NCBI GenBank assembly: GCA_965285935.1
Contig: OZ260667.1
Coordinates: forward strand, 11,470,001-11,534,000
DNA from: Ophelia neglecta
Lineage: Eukaryota
Direction of reading: 5' to 3'
DNA length: 64,000 bases
Shown here: one piece after another, positions 62,301 to 64,000 of the stretch
How the letters are laid out: each line of letters opens with the position of its first letter
How positions within the stretch are numbered: the stretch's first letter is position 1
The notes under the pieces: model-generated
What the model was told of the DNA's origin: nothing
Databases searched by the model: none
What the model saw: the letters and a program-made list of their open reading frames with translations, nothing else
Translations under genes and position numbers: made by a program

Positions 62301-64000
62301 GAAACAAAAAAAATTGCCCTTCACATTTGATTGCTTTTTGTTAAAAGGCCGTGACATATAACGCTTGTATGTCTGTTCAAACGTTAGTAAACACCTATAA
62401 GCCTTCTACCACTCTATTTGGGTAGGCCTATTACATTTATAGCCCGTACATTCATCGGGCCTCTCCACTTTCAGGGGACAAAGGGACCGATATACCAGCG
62501 TGTTGTAGATATGAGTTTTTCCAGGTAGTTGTAATTTCGATTTCCTCCGCCTCACATTAAAGCCTCAGTATTGCATGTTATTTTCAGAGTTTTCATTAAA
62601 CATCCAGTCTTAAACTAGCGTGTTTGCCGCCTTTCGGGTAAATCCAGCGGTCGGGGTGACAGTTTTTCGACCGGTTCTATAGAGTGATTTGACATTTTCA
62701 CGCGCACTTGCCCGCCAAAAGAGCGTGTTCGACGCTCATTTCGCTGGAATTAAGACATTAGGCCACCAACGGACGACAATTTTCAGCTTAATAAATTCAG
62801 CCGGCTGGCTGGAATGATGGAAACAGGGACTTAATTAAACTTCATAAATATTAAAGGAAAATCAACCAAGGTCTTTTCTTCATTCAATTTGATTCAATTT
62901 AAATTCAGAAATTGAGATATCGAGTCTGTGTGTCATTAAATATCCGCCAACCTTGTGTTTATATGCTTTAAAGCGATTAAATTACAGACAAATTTCACGC
63001 GATCATTGAGGTAGCATAATTAAAGGCCCGCTGACAAGGTGGATGGCTTTTTTCCTGCCGGCGACCAGAACCAAAAAGACGGTGTTATGAACGCACACAA
63101 ACACTTGTCAATGATGAAAACTAAATTATATGTTACACGGCGATTTGATATGAATTAAATGAAACAAATATATGATTTTGGTGGCAGTGCGAGCGGAATA
63201 GAGCAATTTAACAAGGTTGAGATGCATAAGGAGAGGTATTTTCCTGTGATGTGAGATAATGATTTCCTGTTTGAAGATGTTTTGATAGTTTAATACCTGA
63301 CATCGACCTCTGAAGAAATAAAACACTGTCTTCAAACACCGTAAAGCGACAAATATCAGGGCAGCACCTAACTGGCTCTAAATATACAACTTTAACGGTA
63401 TAGTATTCTGCCCGCGACTATAACCTGGGTGAACATTTTCTTCCTAGGTTCTAATACGGGTAGAAATCACTAGATGCTTCCTATATATATACTATAGGTA
63501 TATATACTCCGCGTCGACATTTTATTTCACTAATTTACAGGCTTGTAGCCTGTCGGCCTAAGTGGTGAAATGTTCTGGCATGCTCGGGGTAGACTTGTGG
63601 TTTATATAGGTTATTGTGTTGTACCACGCAGGGCAGCTACAGTTTAGACCTATATGATATTAGGCCTATATGAAACTATACAGTAATATGTTAATTACAT
63701 ATCACGCTTTGATACAAGCATTCTGAATCCCAGTAACCCGTACCGCCTACCTTAATTATGTGTATACATACAGGCCATATGTAGACAAGTTATCGCATTC
63801 AATGTTCAACGTTGTCACTGCCAGGTAGATTTAATTTCTGTGTTTGCATCACTCATTGATAAAGCGAATTTTTATATTAAATAGAGGCAAGAGAACACAA
63901 TCTAAAGTTAAGTGTAAACAGCCAAGCGCCCATTGATTTATTAATGAAACCTTAAAATAATAAAGAACTGAAAACACTGATAAATAACTCACGATTTATC

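Overview
This is not prokaryotic or phage DNA. It reads as non-coding (intronic or intergenic) DNA from an animal genome, probably a marine invertebrate. That assignment is an inference from frequent TAGGCCTA/TACATGTA palindromes, no obvious CpG depletion, an L2-type LINE tail and invertebrate-style MITEs. I can support no complete protein-coding gene, RNA gene or CRISPR array. Nearly all long ORFs in the track arise from stop-free tandem repeats. About 25 different mini/microsatellite arrays cover roughly 14 kb (about a fifth of the window), and there are about 30 long poly-G/poly-C tracts. Other features are a 273-N assembly gap, one clear Tc1/mariner-type MITE, three or four more decayed non-autonomous DNA elements and one 5'-truncated L2-like LINE 3' end. 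Between the repeats lie unique islands rich in transcription-factor motifs, as expected around a large, heavily regulated gene. The best leads are: (1) a cluster of nuclear-receptor response elements (perfect DR1 and DR4) at 58.5-58.7 kb inside a wider motif hub; (2) a promoter or first-exon candidate at 13.65-14.05 kb; (3) minisatellites whose units multiply TF motifs, hairpins or G-quadruplexes; (4) an apparent 'empty' copy of the site from which one array grew. I did not find a demonstrable new biological system; all functional ideas below are hypotheses, and all counts were made by eye.
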